From contig CAVYVF010000023.1 in assembly GCA_963771885.1 (NCBI GenBank), positions 288,001-352,000 of the forward strand: a stretch of 64,000 nt of DNA. The letters run 5' to 3'. Positions 40,885-50,701 of the stretch are shown one piece after another (within the stretch, counting starts at the first letter, position 1; each line of letters starts with the position of its first letter). The notes beneath the pieces were generated by a model, which was given only the letters and a program-made list of their open reading frames with translations, had not been told where the DNA came from and did no database searches. The position numbers and the translations under genes are program-made. The DNA comes from Candidatus Bathyarchaeota archaeon. Its GTDB lineage: Archaea; Thermoproteota; Bathyarchaeia; TCS64.

Positions 40885-42049
40885 GAGTCAACAGCTTGCT
40901 CAGGCACTCGGGCGATCCTCTTCGGCGGCTTCCTAGCCCTCACCGTCCTCGCCATCATGAACTCCGCCTACAGCTACGTTTTAGGTTCCATCAAGGATGA
41001 GATGGCGCTAAGCTACACTGAGAGCGGGGCGCTTATGTCGGCGTACTTCAGTGGGTACACTGTAGGGCAGATCCCGTGGGGGCTCCTCGCAGATCGCTTT
41101 GGGAGCAAGCGTATTATGTCGGTGAGCGTTCTCGGCGTCTCCGCGGCGACGGTTCTCTTCGGCTTCGGAGACGACTTCCTCGGGCTGGCTGCGGCACGCT
41201 TCGCGGCGGGGCTTCTCGGGGCAGGCGTCTTCGTCCCGGCGGTTAGGCTTATCGCAGGGTGGTACGAGGCGCGTGAGAGGGGAACGGCGCTGGGCATTCT
41301 GAACATCGGCGGCAGCATCGGGCTAATAATTGTCACCTGGTCGTCGCCTCTACTCGCCCTCGCCTACGGGTGGAGGTTCTCAATAATAGTACAGGGCGCC
41401 GTAGGCGTGGCGGCGTCAGTGCCTAGTCTGGCTCAGCCTCAAGGACGGGACTCGGAGCGGCAAGGTCTCAGGCGGCGCCGTCGTCTCAGCGATGAAACGC
41501 GGTAGCTTCTGGGTGCTCGCCCTGTCCCAGTTCATACGCTTAGGTAGCTACTATACGTTCCTCGCCTGGCTCCCCCTTCTGCTCAAAGAAGACTACGGGT
41601 TAGATATGGTGCTCGTCGGCACCGCGATGAGCCTCTTCAACTTCGCTGGTATGGTGTCGAATCCCGCCGGTGGGATTCTCGCGGACTTCATCGGGGAGAA
41701 GAAGGTCCTCGCTGCCAGCTTCGTTCTTCTGTCTATGAACGTCTACGCCCTCACGGTGCTGCCGGATGGAACATGGATACTTGTAGCCTCCTTCCTGCTT
41801 GGGTGGCTGATCAACTTCGTCAGGAGCCCGGCTTTCACGATAATCCCGCGCTTATTTGGGGCTGAGACTGCGGGGAGCCTCTCAGGTTTCCACAACACTT
41901 TCGCGAGTCTCGGGGCACTTACATTGCCACTTGTTCTCGGGATAGTCAGAGATGCTACAGCGAGCTATGACATAGGCTGGTTTGCGCTGAGCACTCTTAT
42001 GCTCGTCGGCACAGGCCTGATAGCCGTCATTCGGGTTCCGGATAGCTGA
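40881..42049 (+). CDS. MFS transporter with two apparent +1 frameshifts (near 40911 and 41422)
   Basis: GLLADRFGSK and GILADFIGEK motifs in consecutive frames; ATG overlaps the previous stop. Confidence 0.8.
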
Positions 42050-42102
42050 CAAAACTATACCCTTTTAAGCTGATTTTTCAACTCCACCATGAAGTGAACC
42101 GT

Positions 42103-42627
42103 ATGCCGTACTGCCCTAAGTGTGGTAAGGAAGTCAAAGAGGACGCTGTCTTCTGCCCCTACTGCGGTGAAACCATGAAAGCTGGGGAGCGCGTGGTTTA
42201 CGCGCGTGCCCGTGACGAGAAGGATGAGAGAGGCGAGAAGGGGGAGAAGAACGAGAAGAATGAAAAGTCTGAGAAGAACGAAGGCGCCGGCGGCATGTGG
42301 AGCGGCGTCATGGGCGGCCTCATACTGCTCTGGCTGGGCGTGACCTTCCTGCTCCGCCAGTACAACTACATCGCATCAAACGATTGGTGGAACATATTCC
42401 TCATTGGTCTGGGAGCTATCATAATCCTCCGCGGCCTCGCCCTGTACATGCAGCTTAACAACTGGCGCGCAGCAAGCGGCTTCATAATCGGCGGAGGCAT
42501 AGTTGCGCTGATAGGCGCGGCGACATTCGTCGGCCTCAGGGACTGGTGGGCTGTGCTACTCGTCCTCGCTGGCCTATGGATAATCCTCAACGCCTACATG
42601 AACAGGAATAAGCACCCGCGCCCCTAA
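42103..42627 (+). CDS. Zinc-ribbon membrane protein with EKx tripeptide repeat linker
   Basis: YCPKCG...FCPYCG, EKDERGEKGEKNEKNEKSEKNE, four TM helices. Confidence 0.85.
   Translation: MPYCPKCGKEVKEDAVFCPYCGETMKAGERVVYARARDEKDERGEKGEKNEKNEKSEKNEGAGGMWSGVMGGLILLWLGVTFLLRQYNYIASNDWWNIFLIGLGAIIILRGLALYMQLNNWRAASGFIIGGGIVALIGAATFVGLRDWWAVLLVLAGLWIILNAYMNRNKHPRP
42217..42282 (+). repeat. 9-bp period coding tandem repeat (GAGAAGNNN)
   Basis: About seven degenerate units encoding EKx. Confidence 0.75.
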
Positions 42628-43769
42628 ACCGCCCAGCCGACAAACAATTTCCATAATAGATGTTCTAGGACCACCTCGGGCTTGTCTCGCCCGAATATCC
42701 TGAAGTGGTTCTTCCCCATCGCCTCGACAAGGTCTCCGATGCGGTATCGGGGCAGCATGACGGTGGAGATTATTATCCGCCCCCATTCCCCCCGCTTCAT
42801 CTCATGGAGCATCTTCAGGCCCGAGGCCGTCTCGACCTCGAAGAGGTAAACATCGTAGTTGGGTGAGACGTAGGGGAGTTCGTTCCTCTGCTGGGCGAAG
42901 GCGCCCTCGGTCGCGCTGTATAGCTCCACCACAGGGACGTCGCCGTAGAGGGCTCGCAGCCGCGGCGCGTACTCCTGCTGTATCTTCGCCACACTCGTGC
43001 TGTAGATGACCTTGAGCTTCCAGATGTCCTTGGGTGCGACGCCGTGCTTCTTTTTGACGTATCTCGCGAAGCCCATCTCGACGGGTGCGACGCCTATTAT
43101 GCTGGTGACCTCTTTCTCTTTCGCTTTCTGGTAGATGAACTCGTAGCGCTTTTCCCATCCCTCTGAGGTGAGGTCGGTCTTGAGGGCGTCTATCTCCTCC
43201 TGCCGTGGCACCAATGCGAGCCCCATCATCATCGGGTTGAGCTTCGCGTATGTCCCCGAACTGAAGCCGTAGACCACCTCCTTACTCCCCTGGGTGAGGA
43301 CTCGCATGTTGCTGGGAAACTGCAGGTTCAAAACACCGCCAGCAAGCAGGTCTAGCCCACCATTGTTCATCGAAAAGTTGAGAACCGCCCTGGAGCCGCA
43401 CCTGATGAGATCTTGTAAGTGCTTCGGTGTAACTGGGATGACCTTTGATTCCCCGGTGGAGCCGCGGGTCATAACCCACGTTATAGGCTCCTCGTCGAGG
43501 AAGACGAGGTGCCCCTCGCTGCGCACCCTTTCAAACCACGGCTCTAGATCTCGATACCTGACGGCGGGGAACCTCTCCCTGTACTCGGCGATGGATGAGA
43601 TGCCCTCGACGCCGTATGTCCGTCCGTACTCCGTCTTTGCGTAGCCATCTAGCAGTTTGCGCAGAACCTTGTCCTGCGCTGCGGCGGGGTCGGCGAGCCC
43701 CTGCTCCCATGCGGCGAGGTTCCTTGTGATCCGTCCTATAGGGTCCTCGAACAAATTCTGACGAGCCAA
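42624..43769 (-). CDS. GH3 family (acyl-amido synthetase-like) protein
   Basis: TRGSTGESKVIPVT P-loop, YSATEG, LPRYRIGDLV, FGR. Confidence 0.85.
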   Translation of the reverse strand: MARQNLFEDPIGRITRNLAAWEQGLADPAAAQDKVLRKLLDGYAKTEYGRTYGVEGISSIAEYRERFPAVRYRDLEPWFERVRSEGHLVFLDEEPITWVMTRGSTGESKVIPVTPKHLQDLIRCGSRAVLNFSMNNGGLDLLAGGVLNLQFPSNMRVLTQGSKEVVYGFSSGTYAKLNPMMMGLALVPRQEEIDALKTDLTSEGWEKRYEFIYQKAKEKEVTSIIGVAPVEMGFARYVKKKHGVAPKDIWKLKVIYSTSVAKIQQEYAPRLRALYGDVPVVELYSATEGAFAQQRNELPYVSPNYDVYLFEVETASGLKMLHEMKRGEWGRIIISTVMLPRYRIGDLVEAMGKNHFRIFGRDKPEVVLEHLLWKLFVGWAV

Positions 43770-44227
43770 TATTGCGAACTCATCGTTATAGAGATTCGCC
43801 CACGCTCAACCCGCGCCGCACACGCTAAAAGAGGGAGGAGTACACAAAATAACTAGAAAAAGATCCCGTTGGTTGAAAGAAGCTAAACAAATAAGCTTGT
43901 TAGAGATCGAAAGTGTACATTTTACACAATGACGCTAAACTATACAAAAAGTGCACTCAAAACGACGTTTTCGGACACGCTGCCCTACATCGCTGCGAAA
44001 TAACCCGTTTTCCATATGAACTACAAGCACACCGGTTATAAAAACGGGGTCATCCCAATCGGCAAAAAAACACGCCGTTCCCTTAGAGGGTTCCGGAAAC
44101 ACCACCAATCTCAACAAAAGAAGCATATACACCCTACAAATCCCCGCAGAGAATCACCCGCACATTCGACCCAAAATAAAGGCTCCACTTTTTATTCGGA
44201 GACCCACCCGATACCCCAGTGAAACCC

Positions 44228-44971
44228 ATGAAGAAACAAGTCATCCTCACAGTAGCCGAGTCGAAGAGGCTAATCGCAAAGGGAGTCGCCGCCCTACCCG
44301 AGGTACAAGGCGCAATGCAAGAGGGATACGTCGTAGTCGCCACGGGTACAACTAACGCCTACATCCTCCAGGAGCTAAAGGGCGAGAAGTTCGACCTACG
44401 CAGATACCGTAGCGGAATCACAACCCCACAGGTACCCGAGAAACAGCCAGAGAAACAGGGCGAGCCCATCCCCGACGTCGTCTTCCGAAAAGGCGAGGTC
44501 GCCAAGGAGCTCGACCGCTACAACGCCGTCAAGGTAATGGGCAAGAACGACGTCTACATCAAAGGCGCCAACGCCCTCGACTACGTCGGGCAGATGGCAG
44601 GGGTCCTCATCGCAGGCGAATCCGGCGGCACAGTCGGCGCCGTCCTAGGCACAATAATCGGCAAGAAGATCACACTCCTTATCCCCATCGGGCTCGAAAA
44701 GCTCGTCTACGAGGACATGAACGAGCTACACATGCTAACCATGGACCCCGACAGCGAGGGACCAGCCATCTGGCCCATAACCGGCCTCATCTTCACCGAG
44801 ATCGAGGCACTCGAGGTCCTCTGCGGTGTACAGGCTACCCTCATCTCAGCCGGCGGAGTCGCCGGAGCCGAGGGGAGCGTCCGCCTCCTCATTGAGGGCA
44901 TCGACGAGGACGTGGAGGCCGCCGCTGAGCTCGTCAAGGGCATCAAGGGCGAGCCCCGCTACCTACTCTAA
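44228..44971 (+). CDS. Conserved hypothetical protein
   Basis: Long ORF with typical codon usage; TVAESKRLIAKG, GTTNAY, IKGANA, PIGLEK, AGGVAGAEG look like conserved blocks. Confidence 0.75.
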   Translation: MKKQVILTVAESKRLIAKGVAALPEVQGAMQEGYVVVATGTTNAYILQELKGEKFDLRRYRSGITTPQVPEKQPEKQGEPIPDVVFRKGEVAKELDRYNAVKVMGKNDVYIKGANALDYVGQMAGVLIAGESGGTVGAVLGTIIGKKITLLIPIGLEKLVYEDMNELHMLTMDPDSEGPAIWPITGLIFTEIEALEVLCGVQATLISAGGVAGAEGSVRLLIEGIDEDVEAAAELVKGIKGEPRYLL

Positions 44972-44974
44972 ACG

Positions 44975-45838
44975 GTGCTCACGGTGCTCAGAGACGAGAC
45001 CTTAAACCGCCTTGCGAAGCACAGACTAACCGCCGAGGCTACACTCGACGAGCAGCAGCTCATCGACGCTGGGGTAATAACTGCCCTCATCGACGCTTCT
45101 GGTCTCAAAGCGGAGGATACCGCACTGGAGATCGGACCAGGCGCGGGCAACATCACCGTCGAGCTGGCGAAGAGGAGTAAAAAAGTCTACACAGTTGAGA
45201 AGAACCCAAAGTTCCTCCCACTCCTCAAGGAGAGGCTAGAGGGGAGCAACGTTGAGGTCATACTCGGCGACGCCCTCACAATCTACCTCCCACAGTTTGA
45301 CGTCCTCGTCTCAAACCTACCCTATGCAATAATCGAGGCAGTCATGCAAAGGCTAAAGTATCTACATTTCCGAGCCGCATCCCTTCTAGTTCCGATCTCA
45401 CTCGCCAATATTCTCACCGCGAGACACGGCGAGCTACAATACAGCAAGCTAACCCTCGAAGCTAACCTCTTCTTCCACGTCTCTCTAGTGAAGGTGGTCA
45501 AGCAGTCCGCTTACCACCCTGAGCCGAAAACGGAGACCGCCATAATCAACCTGAAGCCTAGGAAGGCAACCGAAAAAGGCGAAGCCGTCATCTGGCACCT
45601 CCTCAAGCAGAGGGACAAGAAAGTAACTAACGCGCTGCGGGAAGCTCTCATCTCCATAGAGGGGTATCCCCAAACGAAGAATGCGGCTAAGGAAGCGATC
45701 ACAATGCTCCAATTGAACAATCAACTACTCGAGAAACGTGTCTACTCCCTCAGCCTCGCAGACGTCGAGTTGATACGCAGCCGTTTAGACGAGGACGCCG
45801 CTAAACACCCGCCAGGCGAGCACCGATATAGCGGGTAG
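44975..45838 (+). CDS. RsmA/KsgA-like rRNA adenine dimethyltransferase
   Basis: LEIGPGAGNIT, VEK, GDAL, VSNLPY, YSKL, HPEPK. Confidence 0.85.
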   Translation: MLTVLRDETLNRLAKHRLTAEATLDEQQLIDAGVITALIDASGLKAEDTALEIGPGAGNITVELAKRSKKVYTVEKNPKFLPLLKERLEGSNVEVILGDALTIYLPQFDVLVSNLPYAIIEAVMQRLKYLHFRAASLLVPISLANILTARHGELQYSKLTLEANLFFHVSLVKVVKQSAYHPEPKTETAIINLKPRKATEKGEAVIWHLLKQRDKKVTNALREALISIEGYPQTKNAAKEAITMLQLNNQLLEKRVYSLSLADVELIRSRLDEDAAKHPPGEHRYSG

Positions 45839-46014
45839 ACAGAGCGCACCCAAAACTAGGGCAAGCTTTGCGATACTCTTCACCGGCATATTCTTCACAC
45901 ATAACAGCCCCGCAGCCACAGTCTTAATCCTAGGGAACCGAACAACCGTTCTAAAACCCCGAACGCTATGGCGAAATTGAAATAGTACAGATGCGAAGTG
46001 CCTATTGAGAGACC

Positions 46015-46260
46015 TTGAAGGCATACGTACTCTTGAATACTGAGCTAGGGAAGGAACCCGAGGTCATCAAGGCGATGAAGGGCGCTAAGGAGGTCAAAAA
46101 CATATACAGCCTCTACGGCATCTACGACGTAATCGTCGAGGTCGAGGCCGAGACGATGGAGAAAGTGAAGGAGGTCGTCTTCAACCGCATAAGGCGGCTT
46201 GACAACGTGAAGAGCACCATCACCCTGATCACTTACGGCGAACCTGTAACTAACCCGTAG
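46015..46260 (+). CDS. Stand-alone Lrp/AsnC ligand-binding (RAM) domain protein
   Basis: KAYVLLN...YGIYDVIVEVE...IRRLxxVxSTxTLI; no HTH. Confidence 0.9.
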   Translation: MKAYVLLNTELGKEPEVIKAMKGAKEVKNIYSLYGIYDVIVEVEAETMEKVKEVVFNRIRRLDNVKSTITLITYGEPVTNP

Positions 46261-46399
46261 ATGTCTACATCTAGACCGCCGACCTCCACACGTTTCTTAG
46301 ACGACCGACAATACACGCCCGCGAGCCCTCTATAGAGACAATACTCGCAATAAGATACGGTTTTATCTCTGTTTGAGAGTCTCCATCGCGGTAAAGAAC

Positions 46400-47479
46400 A
46401 TGAGCAACGGTGGAGCAATAGGCTTCGGCGGATTCCTCCTCGGACTTGGGGCCGGATACCTTGTGTTCAGGGAGCTCAACCTCGCGGTGAATAGCCTCGC
46501 GTGGATACTGATGATAATCGGGGCGACCATCATACTCTCAGCCTTGATACGCTATGCAAGTCCAAACCTCGGGATACACAGGATAGTCGGCGGACTCGCC
46601 GGCGGACTCGTCTTTGCCCTATTCCTCACCCAGGGATTCAACTTCTTCTCAGGAATATTCAACACAGGCAACACCCTCCTACCCTACTCGACGACAGAGG
46701 TAAAGACCTATACGGGACCCAGCCCAAGCGACTCCATCTACCTCCGCCTCGGCTCGATAAACGGGCAGATCATGCTCAGCACATGGGACAAGCCCGAGTA
46801 CAGCATCGAGGCGACAATCATCGCCCGCGGCGCCACCCAGTCTGAGGCAGATAGCAACCTCGCCGCCCTTAACAAGGAGCTCACAACGGAGGAGACTACC
46901 GCCCAGCAGAAGCTCACACTCCTCTACACATCCAACCTCCTCAACAACCCTCACCAGATCAACGTTGTAGTCACGCTCCCCGCATCAGCTACCCTCGATC
47001 TCGACCTCACGAGCAGCAACGGCGACATCACTCTCACAGATGTAGACGGAGGTTCCGTTGTCGTCCACACGAGCAACGCAGCGCTACAGCTCGACAACGT
47101 GCGCGCTGACACCATCCGCGCATCGACATCCAACGGTGCTATAACGGGCACAGTCGACGCCTCAAACTGCATACTCGACACCAGCAACGCACGCATCAAC
47201 ATACAGGTCCTTTCTACCACCAGCGGGTCATACACACTTGACACGAGCAACGGCGCGGTGAATCTCACAGTCGGCTCATCAGCCTCCTACAGGCTCAATG
47301 CCGAGACAAGTAACGCCGACGTCACTTTCACCCTCCCCAACTTGACATACACACGCGACACCAGAACATCCAAGGTAGCCCAGACAGTCGGCTACGACAC
47401 TGCGGACACTAAGATAACCGTGAACATCCAAACCAGCAACAGCGACGTAACAGTGAACAGGAACGTCGCTGGCATCTAG
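46400..47479 (+). CDS. Membrane-anchored DUF4097/adhesin-like beta-repeat protein
   Basis: Three N-terminal TM helices followed by repeated xTSN(G/A)xI units. Confidence 0.82.
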   Translation: MSNGGAIGFGGFLLGLGAGYLVFRELNLAVNSLAWILMIIGATIILSALIRYASPNLGIHRIVGGLAGGLVFALFLTQGFNFFSGIFNTGNTLLPYSTTEVKTYTGPSPSDSIYLRLGSINGQIMLSTWDKPEYSIEATIIARGATQSEADSNLAALNKELTTEETTAQQKLTLLYTSNLLNNPHQINVVVTLPASATLDLDLTSSNGDITLTDVDGGSVVVHTSNAALQLDNVRADTIRASTSNGAITGTVDASNCILDTSNARINIQVLSTTSGSYTLDTSNGAVNLTVGSSASYRLNAETSNADVTFTLPNLTYTRDTRTSKVAQTVGYDTADTKITVNIQTSNSDVTVNRNVAGI

Positions 47480-47613
47480 ACAACGTCACGATAAGTTCCA
47501 CGCACCGCCTCGATCACGCCCAGAGGAGGCTGATAGCGTAGAGAACAAGTATGGGACAATTTTAGGTAACGTTTTTATGTTCAACAGTTACAAACTGTCG
47601 GGAGATTTCCGCA

Positions 47614-48102
47614 GTGTCAAGGGAATTCAACTATATAGTAAGGCTACACGGGACCAACCTCGACGGTACAAAGGCGGTCCCCTATGCCATCTCCGCCATC
47701 AAGGGAGTTGGCAGCCGTATGGCTTTATCCTTGACCAAGGCGGTTGGCGTAGATCCGACCCAAAGGTTGGGGAGCCTCTCCGACGCCGAAGTCAAGCGTC
47801 TGGAGGAAGCACTCGACAACCCAGTCAAAGTAGGGCTGCCGACGTGGATGCTCAATCACAGGAAGGATCCAATAACAGGCGGTGACCACCACCACCTCGC
47901 CTCCGACTTGGACATAAGGACCAAGGACGAACTCGAGCTCATGAGGGAAACCCGGAGCTGGAAGGGAGAACGCCACGCAAGAGGCATCAAAGTCCGTGGA
48001 CAACACACAAAGACCACGGCGCGCAAGGGCCGTAGCGTAGGTGTCACCAAGAAGCAGCTGCAGCAGCCAGGCGGCGCAGCAGCCGCGAAGAAGGAGGAAT
48101 AA
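47614..48102 (+). CDS. rps13: 30S ribosomal protein S13
   Basis: FNYIVRL.GTNLDG, IKGVG, WMLNHRKD, RHARGIKVRGQHTKTT. Confidence 0.97.
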   Translation: MSREFNYIVRLHGTNLDGTKAVPYAISAIKGVGSRMALSLTKAVGVDPTQRLGSLSDAEVKRLEEALDNPVKVGLPTWMLNHRKDPITGGDHHHLASDLDIRTKDELELMRETRSWKGERHARGIKVRGQHTKTTARKGRSVGVTKKQLQQPGGAAAAKKEE

Positions 48103-48106
48103 ACGC

Positions 48107-48658
48107 ATGGGAGACCCAAAGAAGCAGCATAAGACGTACACGACTCCACGCGTTCCCTACGACACCGAGATGTTCATGGAGGAGCTAAAACTCCTCGGCG
48201 CATACGGACTACGCAACAAGCACGAGCTCTGGCGAGTCAGGACACACCTGAGTGACCTCCGCCGCAGAGCACGCAACCTCCTCGCCCAGACTGCCACCGA
48301 GCGCGAAAAGCAGGAGAAGGAGATGATCTCCAAGCTCCACAAGATGGGGCTCGTCCAAGAAAACGGAACACTAGACGACATACTCACCCTCAGCATAGAG
48401 GATCTCATGGAGCGCAGACTCCAAACCTACATCTTCAGGAAAGGCATGGTAAAGAGCCTATGGCAGGCACGCCAATTCATCACACACGGACACATCAGCA
48501 TAAACGGCAATGAAATAAAAGTACCCGGCTACCACGTCCTCATAGACGACGAGAAAACCATCGAGTTCACAAACGTCAGCCCATTCAACAACAAAGACCA
48601 CCCCCTCCGCAAGGAGATGTCAGTAAACGAGATCGCAGGAGGAAACAGAGTTGAGTAA
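48107..48658 (+). CDS. rps4: 30S ribosomal protein S4
   Basis: [32 protein letters not shown]. Confidence 0.97.
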   Translation: MGDPKKQHKTYTTPRVPYDTEMFMEELKLLGAYGLRNKHELWRVRTHLSDLRRRARNLLAQTATEREKQEKEMISKLHKMGLVQENGTLDDILTLSIEDLMERRLQTYIFRKGMVKSLWQARQFITHGHISINGNEIKVPGYHVLIDDEKTIEFTNVSPFNNKDHPLRKEMSVNEIAGGNRVE

Positions 48659-49112
48659 CGAAACTGAAGCCACTCCGAGCCCGAACGCAACTCCAGCGCC
48701 GACACCAGTCACGACGCCTCCGCCAGCAGGCGACAAGTGGGCAATAGTCCACGTCTTCAGCAGCTTCAACAATACTATCATACACATGACAGATCTCACT
48801 GGCGCCGAGACCTTCGGCTTCGCAACCGGCGGAATGTTCGTCAAGGCAGATAGGCTCAAACCGAGCCCCTACGCCGCGATGAAGGCCGCCCAGCAGATAG
48901 CCGACTGGGGCCGTGACAAGGGCGTCACAGGCATACACATTAAGGTTCGCGCGCCTGGAGGCAGCGGGTCCAAGACCCCCGGCCCAGGAGCGCAGGCAGC
49001 GATCCGTATCCTCGCCCGAAGCGGCTTCAGGATCGGTCGCATCGAAGAGGTCACCCCCGTCCCCCACGATGGCACACGCAAGCCCGGAGGAAGGAGAGGC
49101 AGAAGGCCGTAA
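48651..49112 (+). CDS. rps11: 30S ribosomal protein S11
   Basis: [41 protein letters not shown]. Confidence 0.97.
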   Translation: MSNETEATPSPNATPAPTPVTTPPPAGDKWAIVHVFSSFNNTIIHMTDLTGAETFGFATGGMFVKADRLKPSPYAAMKAAQQIADWGRDKGVTGIHIKVRAPGGSGSKTPGPGAQAAIRILARSGFRIGRIEEVTPVPHDGTRKPGGRRGRRP

Positions 49113-49127
49113 GCTGGTGGTGCTGCA

Positions 49128-50072
49128 ATGAAGGTAACAGTGCTAAGCGTAAACGAGGACACCATCCGCTTCACGGTAGATGGAATAGACAACGCATTCG
49201 CTAACGCACTACGCAGAACCATGGTCAGCGAAGTCCCAACAATGTCCATTGAGGACATCTTCTACTACGACAACACGAGCGTCGTCCCCGACGAGGTTCT
49301 TGCACACAGGATAGGCATGGTCCCCCTCAAGACCGATCTAGAACACTATAGGCTTCCATCTGAGTGCGACTGCAAGGCCGACCTCGGCTGTCCCAAGTGT
49401 CGAGTCACCCTCAGCCTCAGCGTGAAGGCGGAAGACGAGAAGAGGACAGTCTACTCCGGCGATCTGCAGCCAGTGGACCCCGCCATCACACCCGTCAGCC
49501 CCTATATACCTCTGGCGAAGCTGGCCGCGGGCCAGTCGATAAGCCTCGAGGCGTACGCACAGCTCGGGAAGGGGCGCTTCCACACCAAGTGGAGTCCCGT
49601 TGCGATGGCGATCTACCAGAACGTAGCAGAGATAAAGACGGATGCGGCGACCGCCGCAAAGTGCGCGGAGGAGTCGCCCAAGGGCGTAGTTCTAGCCAAG
49701 AAGGACACAATAAAAGTCGTTGACATTCAGGCCTTCAACCGCAGCCCCACATGTGCCAGCCTCCTGAAGGAGGAAACCCTCAAGAGCCACATGAAGATGG
49801 ACGAATTCGTCTTCATCGTGGAGTCGACTGGCGCACTCGCACCCGAGAAGATAGTCACAGAGGCTGTAAAGATCCTCAACGCGAAGCTCGAGGAGCTCAA
49901 GCGGAAGGTAGACGCGGGCGAGCTGCACGAGGAGATTGAGGACTTTGAGGCTCCCACAGAGGTGGGCAGGCGCCTCTACAGCATAGGCTCCGGTGAGTTC
50001 GACGAGGAGGAAGAGGGAGAGGAAGGCGGCGGCGCAGCAACAGGAAGTGAACCAACATATGATGAACAGTGA
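49128..50072 (+). CDS. rpo3: DNA-directed RNA polymerase subunit D (Rpo3)
   Basis: FANALRR, DEVLAHRIG, CDC...CPKC, HTKWSP, VESTGAL; position after rps11. Confidence 0.96.
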   Translation: MKVTVLSVNEDTIRFTVDGIDNAFANALRRTMVSEVPTMSIEDIFYYDNTSVVPDEVLAHRIGMVPLKTDLEHYRLPSECDCKADLGCPKCRVTLSLSVKAEDEKRTVYSGDLQPVDPAITPVSPYIPLAKLAAGQSISLEAYAQLGKGRFHTKWSPVAMAIYQNVAEIKTDAATAAKCAEESPKGVVLAKKDTIKVVDIQAFNRSPTCASLLKEETLKSHMKMDEFVFIVESTGALAPEKIVTEAVKILNAKLEELKRKVDAGELHEEIEDFEAPTEVGRRLYSIGSGEFDEEEEGEEGGGAATGSEPTYDEQ

Positions 50073-50406
50073 ACTTGAGAAGACTATAAGGGAGTTAAAG
50101 ACGGCGAAGAAGAAGACGGGTCAGCCCATATGGGGTGCCCTCGCCGAGGAGCTCGACAAGCCGAAGAGGATCAGGGTAGACGTCAACCTGAGCAGTATAA
50201 ACAGGCTCACAAAGGAAGGTGAGGTAGCCGCTGTACCCGGCAAAGTCCTCGCAACAGGCAAGCTAGAGCACCCCGTAACCGTCGCAGCGTTCTCCTTCAG
50301 CGACGCAGCCAAGGAGAAGATCGAGGCGGCGGGCGGAGTCGTCAAGTCCCTCACTCAACTGGCCGGTGAAGGCGTCGAGCCCTCAAAGGTCAAGTTGATC
50401 AAGTAA
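50047..50406 (+). CDS. rpl18e: 50S ribosomal protein L18e (start 50047 or 50059)
   Basis: VNLSSIN, VPGKVL, VAAFSFS..AKEKI..AGG. Confidence 0.95.
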   Translation: MNQHMMNSELEKTIRELKTAKKKTGQPIWGALAEELDKPKRIRVDVNLSSINRLTKEGEVAAVPGKVLATGKLEHPVTVAAFSFSDAAKEKIEAAGGVVKSLTQLAGEGVEPSKVKLIK

Positions 50407-50476
50407 CCTACCCCACTTTTACCGGCCTTCGGGCTGAAACGTTTAAATTTGGACGCTTGCATGAGTGTTGGCGGTT

Positions 50477-50553
50477 GGGTTCGTAGCTCAGCAAGGTAGA
50501 GCGGCGGCCTCTTAAGCCGTTGGCCGAGGGTCCGAATCCCTCCGAACCCGCCA
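50477..50553 (+). tRNA. tRNA-Lys(CTT), CCA encoded
   Basis: GGGTTCG...GCGGC-CT-CTT-AA-GCCGT...GAGGG-TCCGAAT-CCCTC-CGAACCC-GCCA; TTTAAATT upstream. Confidence 0.93.
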
Positions 50554-50701
50554 TTCTTATACACTCTCGCTTATGCCGTGATACTGCGCATATGCCAAAA
50601 CTATTCGTAATATTTAGGGACTCGGCGATAAGAGTCTATATTATGATATAAGAGCCGGCTTTTAAAAAGGCAAATGAGAATATTGGGGAGGTATTGCACG
50701 T

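Noticed and set aside
45785..46024. Small hydrophobic minus-strand ORF
   Set aside because: Overlaps the ends of two plus-strand genes and has no independent support.
48651..48730. Pro/Thr-rich N-terminal extension of S11
   Set aside because: Variable low-complexity N-termini are common on archaeal S11.
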